A DNA stretch of 64,000 bases, taken from NCBI GenBank assembly GCA_963781245.1, contig CAWAFB010000026.1, positions 17,304-81,303 on the forward strand, read 5' to 3'. Under the pieces are notes generated by a model. The model saw nothing but the letters and a program-made list of their open reading frames with translations, was not told the origin of the DNA and ran no database searches. A program made the position numbers and the translations under genes. Position 1 is the first letter of the stretch, and each line of letters starts with the position of its first letter. Below are positions 1 through 9,966 of this stretch, in pieces. This DNA comes from an uncultured Acidobacteriaceae bacterium. GTDB lineage: Bacteria; Acidobacteriota; Terriglobia; Terriglobales; Acidobacteriaceae.

Positions 1-571
1 TCAGGGCATCGGGAAAGTAATGCATGAATTTCGGACCTTTGTCGAAGAAGGCTGTATCGTACTCGTCTCCCTCGATGATGAAGGGCTGTCCCTCTGACAA
101 CTGAAAGCTGGTCCCGAAATTCTCCGCAACCCCGCCGATCAGAAACGAGGGCCGCAGTAGGGAGTCTTTCCTGCCGGCAACCTCGTAGATCCACGCCAGC
201 ATGCTCGTCGTGGTTGTCTTGCCGTGTGTTCCTGCAACGACCAGCGACTCCCGTCCTGACAGAAACTCTTCATGAATCACCTGCGCGAGCGATGTGAAGG
301 GAATCTTCTCATCGAGCACATATTCAAGCTCGACATTGTTGCGCGACATCGCATTACCGACGATCACAAGGCCGGGTCGCGGATCGAGATTTTTCTCGGA
401 AAATGGCTCCGCGATGGGGATGTTCAGACTGCGCAGCAAGTCCGACATGGGTGGATATGCGGCCTGGTCTGAACCTGTAACCCGATGCCCCTTCAACTGC
501 AACAGTCCCGCGAGCGACGCCATGGCTGTACCGCAGATTCCAATGAGGTGAATATGTTTTTTCTCTCGCAT
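1..571 (-). CDS. mpl: UDP-N-acetylmuramate:L-alanyl-gamma-D-glutamyl-meso-diaminopimelate ligase (Mpl), N-terminal part; the 3' end runs off the window
   Basis: Manual minus-strand translation from the ATG (complement of 569-571) gives MREKKHIHLIGICGTAMASLAGLLQLKGHRVTGSDQAAYPPMSDLL...VAGTHGKTTTTSM...EGDEYDTAFFDK. This is colinear with the Mpl N-terminus. It is absent from the ORF track because the window edge truncates it. Confidence 0.85.
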   Translation of the reverse strand, partial: MREKKHIHLIGICGTAMASLAGLLQLKGHRVTGSDQAAYPPMSDLLRSLNIPIAEPFSEKNLDPRPGLVIVGNAMSRNNVELEYVLDEKIPFTSLAQVIHEEFLSGRESLVVAGTHGKTTTTSMLAWIYEVAGRKDSLLRPSFLIGGVAENFGTSFQLSEGQPFIIEGDEYDTAFFDKGPKFMHYFPDAL

Positions 572-577
572 CTCTTT

Positions 578-1528
578 TCAGACCAGCACCGCTGGCTCCA
601 GATAACGAAGAACCGGTTCATCCTCCAGAATTAATTCCGCCTCAATCCCCAGGGGCAGCGTGACATTGCCACGCGACACATGTCCGGAGCGCAGTCCGGT
701 CGCAATCGGGCCCTCGAACCAATCGAAGACGCGAAGGATCACTTCGTCCAGCAATTCCGGGGTGGCGCCCGGTGAGACGCACTCCAGCATCTCGCCGAAA
801 ATCAAGCCGGTGACACCATCGAACTTTCCCGCCAGCAGCATTTGCCTCAACATTCGGTCGATCTGGTAAGGCTTGGCGGCTACATCTTCGATGAAGAGCA
901 GCTTGCCCTCGGTCTGAGCCGCGAAGCGCGTGCCCAGGGCGAACGTCAGGATGCTCAGGCATCCTCCGTAGACCGCGCCTTGTGCGCGACCGGGTTTGAG
1001 AATGCGCAGACCTTCGTCCGCGCCCGCAACCGCCGATCCACCGCTCAGCGTGGCTTCAAAACTGGCCTCGTGCACTCCGCCTTCCCGGTAAAAGTCCGCC
1101 GCTACCATGGGCCCGTGAAATCCCACCAGTCCAAGCTGATCAAGCAGCCACGTCTGCATCGTTGTCAAATCGCTGTAGGCAAAAAGAGGCTTCGGATTGT
1201 CGCGAACCAAATCCAAATCCAGGTCCTCGAGCAGATAGTTTGATCCGTAACCGCCGCGGGTACAAAACACGGCTCGTACTACCGGATCGGCGAAGGCCCG
1301 GTGAAGATCGTCCAGCCGAACGGCAACCGTTCCGGAAAAGAATGGAGGTTCCTTGCCCAGGGCATTGGCACCGACAGCCGGATCGAATCCGCGTCTGCGC
1401 AGCGCTGCCAGGCCGAGTTGAATGCGCTCCGGCTTTGCATTACTGGCAGGCGCAACAACCGACACCCGCGCGCCGGGAGATACCGCGTATGGCTTGAGCA
1501 AACTCTTCACCATGCCTCGCCGATGCAA
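578..1528 (-). CDS. ldcA: LD-carboxypeptidase (muramoyltetrapeptide carboxypeptidase, peptidase S66)
   Basis: 316-aa ORF with an S66-like layout (VAPAS..., FCTRGGYGSNYLL, AYSDLT). It lies adjacent to mpl, its murein-recycling partner. Confidence 0.8.
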   Translation of the reverse strand: MHRRGMVKSLLKPYAVSPGARVSVVAPASNAKPERIQLGLAALRRRGFDPAVGANALGKEPPFFSGTVAVRLDDLHRAFADPVVRAVFCTRGGYGSNYLLEDLDLDLVRDNPKPLFAYSDLTTMQTWLLDQLGLVGFHGPMVAADFYREGGVHEASFEATLSGGSAVAGADEGLRILKPGRAQGAVYGGCLSILTFALGTRFAAQTEGKLLFIEDVAAKPYQIDRMLRQMLLAGKFDGVTGLIFGEMLECVSPGATPELLDEVILRVFDWFEGPIATGLRSGHVSRGNVTLPLGIEAELILEDEPVLRYLEPAVLV

Positions 1529-2313
1529 ACCAGTTCGGCGGGGCCGGTCAGCGTTATCTCTGAACCGTGGCCTGACCAGTCAACCCGTTGCTCGCCGCCA
1601 GGCGCGCGCACCAGAAGGTGTGCATTGCCCCCGCGCCGCGCGATCGTCGCTGCAGCCGTCGCGCAGGTTCCCGTTCCGGATGACGTCGTCGGGCCTACGC
1701 CGCGCTCGAAGATGCGTATTTCAATGCTGTTCGTATCGATAACGTTTACAAATTCGACATTTGTCTGGCCGGGGAACTCCGGGTGTGGGCAAATCTCATA
1801 TCCCAGGACCTGCCACGGACGCCCATGCACGCGAAACAATCCATCCTCAACAAAAATCACGAAATGAGGATTGCCCGTCGAGACCTCGACTCCTGAAACC
1901 GCCGTTCCGTCGCGCAGTACGATCTGTTTGTCGCGCACCACTGGAACACCCATCCCCGCAGCGAATTCAAACCTGGTTCTCTCAGCGCGCATCAGGCCGG
2001 AACTACGCACGCCCGCATCTGTCTCCAGGACGACGCTTTCTCCCACAGGCACCTGCTTCTGATGCGCGATCCATGCGGCAACGCAGCGCGTACCGTTACC
2101 TGAAATCTCCGCTATCGAACCGTCCGCGTTTACCAGGCGAATGCGTCCCGAACGGTCTCCCGTCCATTCCAGGAACTCGACCCCATCCGCTCCGACGCCA
2201 GTGTTGCGCGCACAGAGACGGGCTGCTAGCTCGGGGTCGCACTTGTCCTCAACGATCAGGAAATCGTTACCGCAGGCGTGGGCCTTTACGAACCGCTTCA
2301 TTCTTCTTTCCAC
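1507..2313 (-). CDS. dapF: diaminopimelate epimerase
   Basis: KAHACGNDFLIVE N-terminal motif, a second Cys region (GTGTCATAA), and about 265 aa in length. Confidence 0.85.
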   Translation of the reverse strand: MERRMKRFVKAHACGNDFLIVEDKCDPELAARLCARNTGVGADGVEFLEWTGDRSGRIRLVNADGSIAEISGNGTRCVAAWIAHQKQVPVGESVVLETDAGVRSSGLMRAERTRFEFAAGMGVPVVRDKQIVLRDGTAVSGVEVSTGNPHFVIFVEDGLFRVHGRPWQVLGYEICPHPEFPGQTNVEFVNVIDTNSIEIRIFERGVGPTTSSGTGTCATAAATIARRGGNAHLLVRAPGGEQRVDWSGHGSEITLTGPAELVCIGEAW

Positions 2314-2319
2314 GAAAGA

Positions 2320-3993
2320 TCATTTTGGAGTGATGCTACCACCCGCCGAGTGCCGGTCAGAACTGTAAATACGCACGCAGGGTTGACCAGTCGAGCACAC
2401 GATATTGATCAATGTCAGGCCCTCGGGTTTCGCGGCTACAGCTTTCGCAACAGGGTCTCCGTCCGTCGTAACCACAAAATCCGCCGCCTTTGCGGGATCT
2501 TTGAGCGCCGGCAGCCACTGGTAGTAATCCGTCTCATTGATGGTGTGCTTGAGGGCGATACCGGCCCGCTGAAAGGCTCCGATGTGGTCGGACGTGTAGG
2601 CCAGAATCGTGCTGTTCTGTGGCAGCAACTGCAACGCATGGGCATAGGCTACCTCAAAGGGAATGCGGGTGTGGGAATTTGCAATGGCTTCGTCCAGCAC
2701 CAGAGGCTTGGCTCGCAACAGCACCGCATTGTTGGCAACAATGAGCAGAGCCACCACGGCCGGTATCCCGCGAGCTACTGTCGGCCGGTAACGTGCACTC
2801 CAGTCCGATACGCAGGCCACTAGAAAACCGAGCGATAGCGCGAAGATCGGTAGCATTTCCATGCCGTAGCGGGTGTTGTACCAGGAGTGCGGCCACCACA
2901 GAGGGATGAAGATCGGAACCGACCCATAGGCGACCGAGTAGGCATAAAAAGGCAGCGGAACCCACAGTAGCAGCGGCGTAAATCCATCGCGGGCGCGCCA
3001 TCGAACCGCTGCGCCCACGCTTCCCGCAATCGACAAAATCAGCAACAAGTTGGCAAAACGGAGCAGCGTCGCGCCCATTTCTGCAGCCTTCAGAAAATAG
3101 AGAGCAGCCACCGGCATGCTATGCCAGCCTGGATAATGCGGAGCGCCCGGTGTTGCAGTCCGCTCTTCGATTGCCTTCGCAGAGTACGGGCCACGCATGA
3201 AGTCGAGCGGATCACCGAACTGGCGCGCACAGTATGCCATCCAGATGATCGGCGCAACCGCCAGCATGACCGTAAAGAGAACAAAGGCGCCGCCCGCCAA
3301 TGTATTCCATCGACTCCTCCGTACCGTTTTCACGAAAGCAATGAGCCATGCCAGGGAGGTAAAGATCCATCCGTCGTAGCGGGTAAAAACCGCAGCAACC
3401 AGGACGATTCCAGCGGAGACTAGCAACTTCGCTGCGCGGCCCATTTCATCTGTCTGCAGAGCCCTTCCGTATTCAACGATGAGCAGGACTGCCCAGATCA
3501 TTTCCGTCAGGAACAGCGGTTCGTTCATCGCTGTCGTCTGCATATAGAGCAAACCGGGATTCAGGGCGAAGAACAGCGCGGCAACCAGGGCGCTCCCCGG
3601 CTGAACCCAGAGACGCGCGAGACGATAGATGCCGGCGGCTCCAAATACGTATGCCCCCATCGAGGGAAACGCGCCAGCCACCCCCGACTGCCACCATTCC
3701 AGGCGCGCGACAAATGGAACCAGCAGCAGGTGGGGCAGCGGGAGCCAAACCGAACCGAGCTGCGTCAATCCAGGATTGAGGGAGTCGATGATTCGCCGCG
3801 CGATGTGGAGATGCGCAACTGCGTCTCCATAGAGCAGCATGATGCCACGCGAATAGCTGAATGAAAGCGCAAAGAGCGAAACCAGCAAAGCGCTCCAGGC
3901 GACAATGAAGGTCTCACCGCGCAGCTTGAGTCTCTGCGTTTCAGCGTCAGTCAAGATGTGAGAGTTCGCGGAAGAGCGCAAAGCGTTCGTCAA
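2320..3993 (-). CDS. polytopic membrane protein, GT-C fold glycosyltransferase-like (PMT/ArnT-like)
   Basis: 557 aa with many predicted TM helices and an N-terminal YGDAxAH-type loop. The family assignment is tentative. Confidence 0.5.
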   Translation of the reverse strand: MTNALRSSANSHILTDAETQRLKLRGETFIVAWSALLVSLFALSFSYSRGIMLLYGDAVAHLHIARRIIDSLNPGLTQLGSVWLPLPHLLLVPFVARLEWWQSGVAGAFPSMGAYVFGAAGIYRLARLWVQPGSALVAALFFALNPGLLYMQTTAMNEPLFLTEMIWAVLLIVEYGRALQTDEMGRAAKLLVSAGIVLVAAVFTRYDGWIFTSLAWLIAFVKTVRRSRWNTLAGGAFVLFTVMLAVAPIIWMAYCARQFGDPLDFMRGPYSAKAIEERTATPGAPHYPGWHSMPVAALYFLKAAEMGATLLRFANLLLILSIAGSVGAAVRWRARDGFTPLLLWVPLPFYAYSVAYGSVPIFIPLWWPHSWYNTRYGMEMLPIFALSLGFLVACVSDWSARYRPTVARGIPAVVALLIVANNAVLLRAKPLVLDEAIANSHTRIPFEVAYAHALQLLPQNSTILAYTSDHIGAFQRAGIALKHTINETDYYQWLPALKDPAKAADFVVTTDGDPVAKAVAAKPEGLTLINIVCSTGQPCVRIYSSDRHSAGGSITPK

Positions 3994-4882
3994 TCTCCAT
4001 CGGATCGAGCTGTTGCAGGCGTTCGGTGCCGAAGCGCTCCACGGCGAACGAGCCCATCACCCCGCCATAAAACATCGCCTTCTTGAAGACCGCCGGGGTC
4101 AGTTCCTTCTGCGAAGCGAGATAGCCGAAGAAGCCGCCTGCGAACGAGTCGCCCGCGCCCGTTGGATCGACGACCTCGGCCAGAGGCAGCGCCGGAGCAC
4201 GGAAGGGCAGCAACGTCCGGCGGCCATCGCCCTCGAACGAGCGATGGCTGAAGAACGCGGTCGCTCCGAATTCGCCGTGCTTCACGATCAGACTCTTTGG
4301 CCCCATGGCAAGAATCTTTTCCGCCGCCTGAACCAGGTTCGCGTCTTTCGCCAGCAGTTTTGCTTCGCCATCGTTGATCAGCAATCCGTCCAGGCCATGG
4401 AGAACGCGCTCCAGGTTTCCGCGATGATCGTTGATCCAGTAGTTCATCGTGTCACCGCAGACCAGCTTTGCCTTGGGCATTTTGCTGCGTACGTCGGCCT
4501 GCAGTACCGGATCGATGTTGGCCAGAAAGAGATACTCGCTGTCCTGGTATTCGGCGGGAATTTTCGGGGTGAACCTTTGAAAGACGTTAAGTTCGGTGGT
4601 TAGCGTCTGAGCTTCATTCAGATTTCTCAGGTAAGAACCGCTCCAGAAGAAGCTCTTGCCGGTCGTGTGCTCGATGCCGCGCGTATCGATGCCGCGCCGG
4701 GTCAGGATGGCTTCGTGCTCCCTGGTGAAGTCTTCTCCGACGACGGCAATCACGCGCACGTCGGTAAAGTAGCTGGCAGCGAGCGCAAAATGAGTGGCCG
4801 CTCCGCCGACGCAGCGTTCCGCGCGTCCGGAGGGTGTCTCAATGGTGTCGAACGCAACACTGCCTACGACTAGAATCGCCAT
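3947..4882 (-). CDS. PfkB-family carbohydrate/nucleoside kinase
   Basis: N-terminal VVGSVAFD and C-terminal DPTGAGDSFAGGF motifs typical of the ribokinase/PfkB family. Confidence 0.8.
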   Translation of the reverse strand: MAILVVGSVAFDTIETPSGRAERCVGGAATHFALAASYFTDVRVIAVVGEDFTREHEAILTRRGIDTRGIEHTTGKSFFWSGSYLRNLNEAQTLTTELNVFQRFTPKIPAEYQDSEYLFLANIDPVLQADVRSKMPKAKLVCGDTMNYWINDHRGNLERVLHGLDGLLINDGEAKLLAKDANLVQAAEKILAMGPKSLIVKHGEFGATAFFSHRSFEGDGRRTLLPFRAPALPLAEVVDPTGAGDSFAGGFFGYLASQKELTPAVFKKAMFYGGVMGSFAVERFGTERLQQLDPMEIDERFALFRELSHLD

Positions 4883-4885
4883 CCA

Positions 4886-5764
4886 CTATCCTTTCGCGGT
4901 TACGTTCAGATATTTGCCGATCAGCAGATCCAGCCGCTCTCGGGTGGCCTCAGGGATCGCAGCGGGACTCGTGAGAATCGCATACTTTAGAGCGGATGCG
5001 CAGGCGCAGCTTCTTTCCTTGGGCATCGCTGCCACTGCGGCCTTGACCACCTTGCAGGCGTTGGCGGCGTTCTGATTCAAGACCGCGACAATCTGATCGA
5101 CGGTCACGTCATCGTGTCCCTCGTGCCAGCAGTCGTAATCGGTCACCATGGCCACGGTCGCGTAGCAGATCTCAGCTTCGCGAGCCAACTTGGCTTCCTG
5201 GAGGTTGGTCATACCGATCACGTCCGCACCCCATGTGCGATACAGATTAGATTCGGCCCGAGTTGAGAACTGCGGTCCCTCCATGCAGATATAGGTTCCG
5301 CCGGATTTGCCGACCAGTCCTTCGGACTCGCAAGCCCCAACCAGACTCTGCGCAACGACCGCGCAGACGGGGTCGCCGAATGCCACGTGGCCGACAATGC
5401 CGTCACCGAAGAAGGTTGAGACGCGCTCCGTAGTCCGGTCGATGAACTGGTCAGGAATGACGAAGTCGGTGGGCTTGTGCTCTTCCTTGAGCGACCCGAC
5501 AGCGGAAACGGAGAGTATCCGCTCCACTCCGAGCTTCTTGAATGCGTAAATGTTGGCGCGAAAGTTCAGCTCTGAGGGGAGCAGCTTGTGCCCTCTGCCG
5601 TGCCGCGCCAGAAAAGCGACCTCGCGCCCCTCAAGTTCGCCCAGGACAAGAGCATCGCTTGGCTCGCCGAAAGGGGTCCCCACGTGCACCTCGCGCACAG
5701 AGGTGAGTCCGGGCATGGCATACAGGCCACTGCCCCCGATTATTCCAATTTCTGCCTGTTGCAA
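4886..5764 (-). CDS. mtnP: S-methyl-5'-thioadenosine phosphorylase
   Basis: IGIIGGSGLY...FLARHGRGH...NIYAFKKLGV...GMT motifs characteristic of MTAP. Confidence 0.85.
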   Translation of the reverse strand: MQQAEIGIIGGSGLYAMPGLTSVREVHVGTPFGEPSDALVLGELEGREVAFLARHGRGHKLLPSELNFRANIYAFKKLGVERILSVSAVGSLKEEHKPTDFVIPDQFIDRTTERVSTFFGDGIVGHVAFGDPVCAVVAQSLVGACESEGLVGKSGGTYICMEGPQFSTRAESNLYRTWGADVIGMTNLQEAKLAREAEICYATVAMVTDYDCWHEGHDDVTVDQIVAVLNQNAANACKVVKAAVAAMPKERSCACASALKYAILTSPAAIPEATRERLDLLIGKYLNVTAKG

Positions 5765-5813
5765 TCTTTTCTCCGACTGAAGCTTCGCAAATGAATGAGA
5801 AGATGCAGAAACC

Positions 5814-7379
5814 TCAGTATAAACGGGCTGCGCTGTGCGGAATTGCCGCGCGCATCAGTCCGCACCCGGCGAAGAAGTTCACCATGCCGCCAGTCAGGGC
5901 GTGGCTGGGCTGTGCGAGAGCAATCGCCTGGTTCTGATCATTGCCCTGCTGCGCGCCCATCATCAGGAATTCAAGCTTACGGGCCAGCGTCAGATCGAAG
6001 CTCTCGCTCACGAAGACGGACCTGCCACTTGTCGAGATGAGCACTGGGCCTTCGTTTGTCTTGAAAACCTGCTCGCTTTCGTCGGACTCGGCCTGTGCGT
6101 CCCGCTTCACCCCGGAGTACTGTTTTCCCAGCTCGTCGGCATACATTCCCGCGAAGGCTGCGGCTGCTTCCGGCGACTTCCACTGCGACAAATAAAGCAG
6201 GGATATAGAGGAAGTCGAACTCTTGTCGGGTGCATTCTTTTTCTGCACCGCGTAGTAGACGCCGCCAGCCCATGCCTGGGTCAGGGCGGCGGCGGTCTGT
6301 GGTCCTCCAAACAACTCGGCCAGGATGCGCACATCAAGTTGGCCCATTACTCCAATATCGTAAGGCGAATAGTCCGCATCAAGCAGAGGATGCACATCCG
6401 GCATCTTTAGCAGTGGAACCTTGACTCGCGCTTCGTAAGCGCGGGGATTCATGATCTCGAAGCTGGTCGCCGGTGGACGATCGAGCACGTCGCCGAAGGC
6501 TCCGCCCGGACCCTTGTCCTGTAGCAGATCCACTTCAAACTTCAAGCCCTCGCGATACGGAAACAGCAACGCCTCCTGCAGGAGTAGCGGCGCTCTTTCC
6601 AATACAGGAGAATCGGCGTCCACGCGCTGCTCATCGGCTTTGGACTTCACCAGATCTGGCTGGGTCATCACGCTTTGACCCATTGGCTTGAGGCTATAGT
6701 CAACGAGCACGGCCATCGCCTGGCCCTCGAGCACCGCTTCCCGCGCCGTGTCCTGCTCGTCCGTCGCGATGTGCTGATTATCTTCGGCTACATTGTGCGA
6801 TAGGTCGTCGTTGCTCTGGTCTTCCCACTTATCCAGGTTCACTCGCTGGTCTTGCAGGGCGTGCGTTAACTCGTGTGCCAGAACAGGCTTTTGAGTATCT
6901 GGCTCGATCCAGTCGAGCAGGTTCACGGTCTTAGTCTTGCTGTCGTAGTAACCGGCGATCTGCTCCTTCAGCAGGCTCACAAGAAAGGGCTGGAGATGAA
7001 AATCCTGATCGATGAGGCCGAATTTCTTCAGCACGATCTCGGAGCGCTCCATGCGCTTCGCGTCCTTGTCGTCCTTCATCTTGTCGACCAGATATTTCTC
7101 GACTGCATCGCGAGAGGTCAGGCGCCGCTTGACTTTGCTTTTGATTGCCAGCTTTGAGTCGTCAGAAGCGAACTGCATAATGGTGTCGACGGATGCGAAG
7201 AGCTCCTTCGCCTGCGTCTGCGTCATGCGAAGTTCCGGTTTTGGCGCTTCTTGCTCCTGTTGCTGAGGCGTCTGCTGGCCTCGCAGAGAGACGGCAGCCG
7301 CTATTGTCACCGCCAGAATGCCGGTTGCACGCAATCTTCCAATCAATCCCATTCCTGTCCCTTCAACCTTTGCCCTCAC
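5814..7379 (-). CDS. secreted zinc-metalloprotease-like protein (HExxH)
   Basis: Signal-peptide-like N-terminus (the true start is probably an internal Met, MGLIGRL...). HELTHALQD motif. No closer family recognised. Confidence 0.5.
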   Translation of the reverse strand: MRAKVEGTGMGLIGRLRATGILAVTIAAAVSLRGQQTPQQQEQEAPKPELRMTQTQAKELFASVDTIMQFASDDSKLAIKSKVKRRLTSRDAVEKYLVDKMKDDKDAKRMERSEIVLKKFGLIDQDFHLQPFLVSLLKEQIAGYYDSKTKTVNLLDWIEPDTQKPVLAHELTHALQDQRVNLDKWEDQSNDDLSHNVAEDNQHIATDEQDTAREAVLEGQAMAVLVDYSLKPMGQSVMTQPDLVKSKADEQRVDADSPVLERAPLLLQEALLFPYREGLKFEVDLLQDKGPGGAFGDVLDRPPATSFEIMNPRAYEARVKVPLLKMPDVHPLLDADYSPYDIGVMGQLDVRILAELFGGPQTAAALTQAWAGGVYYAVQKKNAPDKSSTSSISLLYLSQWKSPEAAAAFAGMYADELGKQYSGVKRDAQAESDESEQVFKTNEGPVLISTSGRSVFVSESFDLTLARKLEFLMMGAQQGNDQNQAIALAQPSHALTGGMVNFFAGCGLMRAAIPHSAARLY

Positions 7380-7412
7380 CGCGAGGCTATAATTTTCTAA
7401 GAGCCATTACCA

Positions 7413-8531
7413 ATGAGCGCGGTTCCCCAACTCGCTTCCGCACCGCCAAGTCCAGCCGCTGCAACGTCGTTGGCTGCCTACCTTGTTGCCGGCAAGCCCG
7501 ACCTGCAGTTGGTGCCCTATCGGGGTGTTCTCACTCCCGGAGCTTTCTCCGAATACAGCAGCGAGCTGACTGCTCTGACCGGATCGGCGGGGATCTACGA
7601 TCTCGGCTACATGGCCTTTCTGCGCGTCAGCGGAAACGACCGCGTACGCTGGCTCAACGGGATGGTTACGAATACCGTCCAAGCGCTCGAAGAAGGCCAC
7701 TCCAATTACAGTTTCCTGCTTAATGCCCAAGGCCGAATCCTCGGCGATGCAACGATTTACCACTTTTCCGACCACCTGCTCCTAAAAACCGATCGCAGTC
7801 AGACCGGCCAGCTTGCCGCCCACCTCGACCACTTCATCATTATGGACGAGGTGGAACTGCATGAGTTAGACGCATCCACGACCGTCCTTGGCATCGCGGG
7901 TCCGCAATCGGGGGAGATTCTCCGTGCACTCGGCCTCACACCACCCACACAGGATGCCCTGGCCCGGTCCGAGATCGACGGAACCGCAGTGACCGTGACC
8001 CATGCTTACAGTCCGGTAGTTCCGCGTTTCGAACTCTGGGTACCTGTGGCATCACTGCCGTCGATTTGGTCAGCTCTCACCGCTGCAGGGGCTGTTCCCT
8101 GTGGGGTCAACTCCATCGAGGCCCTCCGCGTCCTCTCTGCGATTCCGCTCTATGGTGTGGACATTCAGGAACGCCATCTTGCTCAGGAGACCGCACAGGC
8201 ACGCGCGCTCAATTTCAATAAGGGCTGCTATCTTGGCCAGGAGATTGTCGAGCGCATCCGCTCCCGGGCGACAATTCACCGTACGCTACGCCAGTTCTCG
8301 CTGACCGGGACTGCACCGGCGCTGGAACCCGGGCAGACGGTCCCGTTGAATGCGGAGGGAACGGAAAGAAATCCGGTCGGAGAGCTCAGCAGCGTTGCTC
8401 ACTACCAGCTGCCCGGTTTCACCGGGACCCTTGCTCTCGGTTTTATCCGCACCGAGGTGCTGGAGCGCAAAGCACACATTTCCTGCGGTGATGGCACAGC
8501 AGCACCGCTGGATGCACCGCCGACCATCTAA
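7413..8531 (+). CDS. ygfZ: YgfZ/GcvT-family folate-binding protein
   Basis: Aminomethyltransferase-like fold sequence and the YgfZ signature KGCYLGQE. Confidence 0.7.
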   Translation: MSAVPQLASAPPSPAAATSLAAYLVAGKPDLQLVPYRGVLTPGAFSEYSSELTALTGSAGIYDLGYMAFLRVSGNDRVRWLNGMVTNTVQALEEGHSNYSFLLNAQGRILGDATIYHFSDHLLLKTDRSQTGQLAAHLDHFIIMDEVELHELDASTTVLGIAGPQSGEILRALGLTPPTQDALARSEIDGTAVTVTHAYSPVVPRFELWVPVASLPSIWSALTAAGAVPCGVNSIEALRVLSAIPLYGVDIQERHLAQETAQARALNFNKGCYLGQEIVERIRSRATIHRTLRQFSLTGTAPALEPGQTVPLNAEGTERNPVGELSSVAHYQLPGFTGTLALGFIRTEVLERKAHISCGDGTAAPLDAPPTI

Positions 8532-8534
8532 GAC

Positions 8535-9170
8535 TTGAAGGAACCTCTCATGGCAGAAGAAAAGCCCTCTTTTACCGTCTCCGATCGCCGCAAGTTCACG
8601 CTCGAAGGCGAACTGCGCGATGAAGCTGCACCATCCTCGGAAACCAGTCAGGCCTCAACTCCCGACGCGCCGTTTACGCCTGCGGCGGCTCCCGCTGTGC
8701 CGGCACCCGGGCCGCGCCTCGTCACTCCGCCCACTACACCAGCAACCGGAACTGCTGCGCTGGACGAGGAAGAGCCTCTTCCCGAGCCAACAGCCGAGGA
8801 ATCCGCCGAGCAACACTCCGCGTACCAAGCGTCTTCCCAGCACCTCGACTCGATGCTGCGCCAGGCGAATCCGGGAATGGGCCCGTCGGCTGAGGTCACC
8901 ATGGAGCACGTCATTCAGTCGATCTACATCTCGGCCATCATGGCCATGGGTGCCGCAACCGAACCTGGCCAGAAGCCCCGCATCGATATCGTGGGTGCCC
9001 GCCAGAGTGTAGACATGCTGGGCGTGCTACAGGAGAAAACCAAGGGAAATCTCACCGAAAAAGAACAGCGCCTGTTACAGAATGCCCTCTTCGAGCTGCG
9101 CATGATGTTCCTCGAGATCACCAACGCCATCACCCAGCAGGCGCAGAATCCGCCCAAGGGGAAGAAGTAG
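8535..9170 (+). CDS. DUF1844-like protein with a Pro/Ala-rich N-terminal region
   Basis: C-terminal block MLGVLQEKTKGNLTEKEQRLLQNALFELRMMF resembles DUF1844. The low-complexity middle region is P/A/T-rich. Confidence 0.55.
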   Translation: MKEPLMAEEKPSFTVSDRRKFTLEGELRDEAAPSSETSQASTPDAPFTPAAAPAVPAPGPRLVTPPTTPATGTAALDEEEPLPEPTAEESAEQHSAYQASSQHLDSMLRQANPGMGPSAEVTMEHVIQSIYISAIMAMGAATEPGQKPRIDIVGARQSVDMLGVLQEKTKGNLTEKEQRLLQNALFELRMMFLEITNAITQQAQNPPKGKK

Positions 9171-9174
9171 GCGC

Positions 9175-9963
9175 TTGCAGGCAGAGATCGTCATCCTCGG
9201 CAGCGGAACCTCAATGGGCGTCCCTACGCTGGGATGCGAATGCCAGGTCTGCACTTCAGACGACCCGCACAATCAGCGCGGCCGCCCATCCATTGCCGTC
9301 CAGTGGCAAGATGACACTGCCGGGCAGACGGTCGTTATCGACACCGGCCCGGACTTTCGCAGTCAGGCCCTGCGCGAAAAAATCCGGCACGTGGATGCTG
9401 TCTTCTACACACACGCCCACGCCGACCACATTCTCGGCTTTGATGATTTACGGCCGCTGAGTTTTCGCCATCCCGGCGGCCTCCCGCTCTACGGAGACGA
9501 AACCACCGCATCCGTGCTTGAGCGCATTTTCGAATACACCTTTTCGCCGCATGCGAAGTACCCTACACGCGCACGGGTTAACCTGCTCCGCCTCAACGAT
9601 CGCGAGTCCGCGGAGGTCGCCGGCGTCAGGTTTCAACGGGTACCCCTGCTGCATGGCGATCTCTCGGTGGGTGGCTTTCGTTTCGGATCAGCCGCCTATC
9701 TCACCGACATGAGCAGCATCCCTGAGAGCAGTCTCCCCTTGCTTGAAGACCTCGACGTGCTCATCATCGATGCCCTGCGCAAACAACCGCATCCCAGCCA
9801 TGCCAATATCGACCAGGCCCTTGCCTGGACTGAACGGGTCGCACCACGCCGCGCCTTCTTCACACATATGTCCCACGAGCTTGATCACTCCGAGACGGAA
9901 AACGAGCTCCCGCCGCACGTGCGACTGGCATACGACGGGTTGCGGATTCCTTTCGAGATCTAG
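9175..9963 (+). CDS. MBL-fold metallo-hydrolase (PhnP-like)
   Basis: HAHADH metal-binding motif; 262 aa. Confidence 0.75.
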   Translation: MQAEIVILGSGTSMGVPTLGCECQVCTSDDPHNQRGRPSIAVQWQDDTAGQTVVIDTGPDFRSQALREKIRHVDAVFYTHAHADHILGFDDLRPLSFRHPGGLPLYGDETTASVLERIFEYTFSPHAKYPTRARVNLLRLNDRESAEVAGVRFQRVPLLHGDLSVGGFRFGSAAYLTDMSSIPESSLPLLEDLDVLIIDALRKQPHPSHANIDQALAWTERVAPRRAFFTHMSHELDHSETENELPPHVRLAYDGLRIPFEI

Positions 9964-9966
9964 ACC

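Noticed and set aside
272-551. Plus-strand ORFs 272-472 and 294-551
   Set aside because: They are antisense to the clearly recognisable mpl coding sequence.
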